Positions 63,461 through 64,000 of a stretch of DNA of 64,000 bases are shown one piece after another (the stretch's first letter is position 1; every line of letters starts with the position of its first letter). This DNA comes from Sphyrna mokarran (Eukaryota). A program made the position numbers and the translations under genes. The DNA is taken from NCBI GenBank assembly GCA_024679065.1, contig JAGIQG010000020.1, positions 45,384,001 through 45,448,000 of the forward strand, given 5' to 3'. The notes beneath the pieces were generated by a model that saw only the letters and a list, made by a program, of their open reading frames with translations, ran no database searches and was not told the DNA's origin.

Positions 63461-63779
63461 TCTTTTCCACTAAGCCAGAGGATCAGATGTTTGAGATCGG
63501 GGCGGGGGGGCAGCAAGTGGGCGGAAATGTAAACACATTAACAGATGTGGGAATTTATGGTAGACCTTCCTAGTTCCAGTTGATTTCTTTGTCTTTTTTT
63601 TGATTCTAATAGCCAAGTGTCTCCATTGTGAACAATAGTCATAACAATAGTTCCTTCAAACAAGGACCATCTCACCCACTGCTCCATTCAGAAAGGAGAT
63701 AAATAAATGAGTTGCTGCCTCTCCCATATAACTCTTGAGTCATTTTTCAATCATTACGATCAGGCCTTGCAATGTTTCT

Positions 63780-64000
63780 TTCATATTCATTCTCTTAACA
63801 GGGCTGTCACTGTTAGACTAGCATTTATTGCCCACGACTAATTGTCCTTGAGCGTGGTGGGGAATCGTCACCTTTACGTGCTACAGTCCATCTGATGTAG
63901 GTGCACCCACAGTGCTGTTAGGAAGGACTTTGACCCAATGACAGTGAAGGAGCAGAGTTCCCACTCCAGATGGTGAGTGGGTTGAGCAGGGGGGACAGCC
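63780..64000 (-). mobile_element. L2/Crack-like LINE 3' end
   Basis: agcatttattgccc...gtaggtgcacccacagtgctgttagg, as at 34560-34700. Confidence 0.65.

Overview
This is a eukaryotic, repeat-rich (roughly half or more TE-derived), AT-rich vertebrate window. The repeat complement (CR1 LINEs with HE1/V-type SINEs, Deu-domain SINEs, Rex1/Babar, L2 and Penelope remnants) points to a shark or other cartilaginous fish; this is inference. Two genes diverge from CpG-rich promoters about 10 kb apart. (1) A minus-strand gene I could not identify: promoter ~20100-20745, non-coding exon 13446-13514, first coding exon 5914-6280 with a uORF-dense leader; it continues off the left edge. (2) A plus-strand type-I membrane protein (exons 30833-30916, 50868-51898, 62095-62143, continuing off the right edge) whose single CUB domain is split by a 184-aa insertion. 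Most track ORFs are TE fragments or chance. The most notable non-genic signals are minimal hammerhead-ribozyme motifs in three Penelope-like families (including a palindromic element with cores on both strands in intron 1 of the CUB gene), a V-SINE variant whose 3' stem-loop matches the Rex/Babar LINE tail rather than CR1, and two CR1 pieces that are complementary to within about 5 nt but lie in swapped order. TE boundaries are approximate and read by eye.
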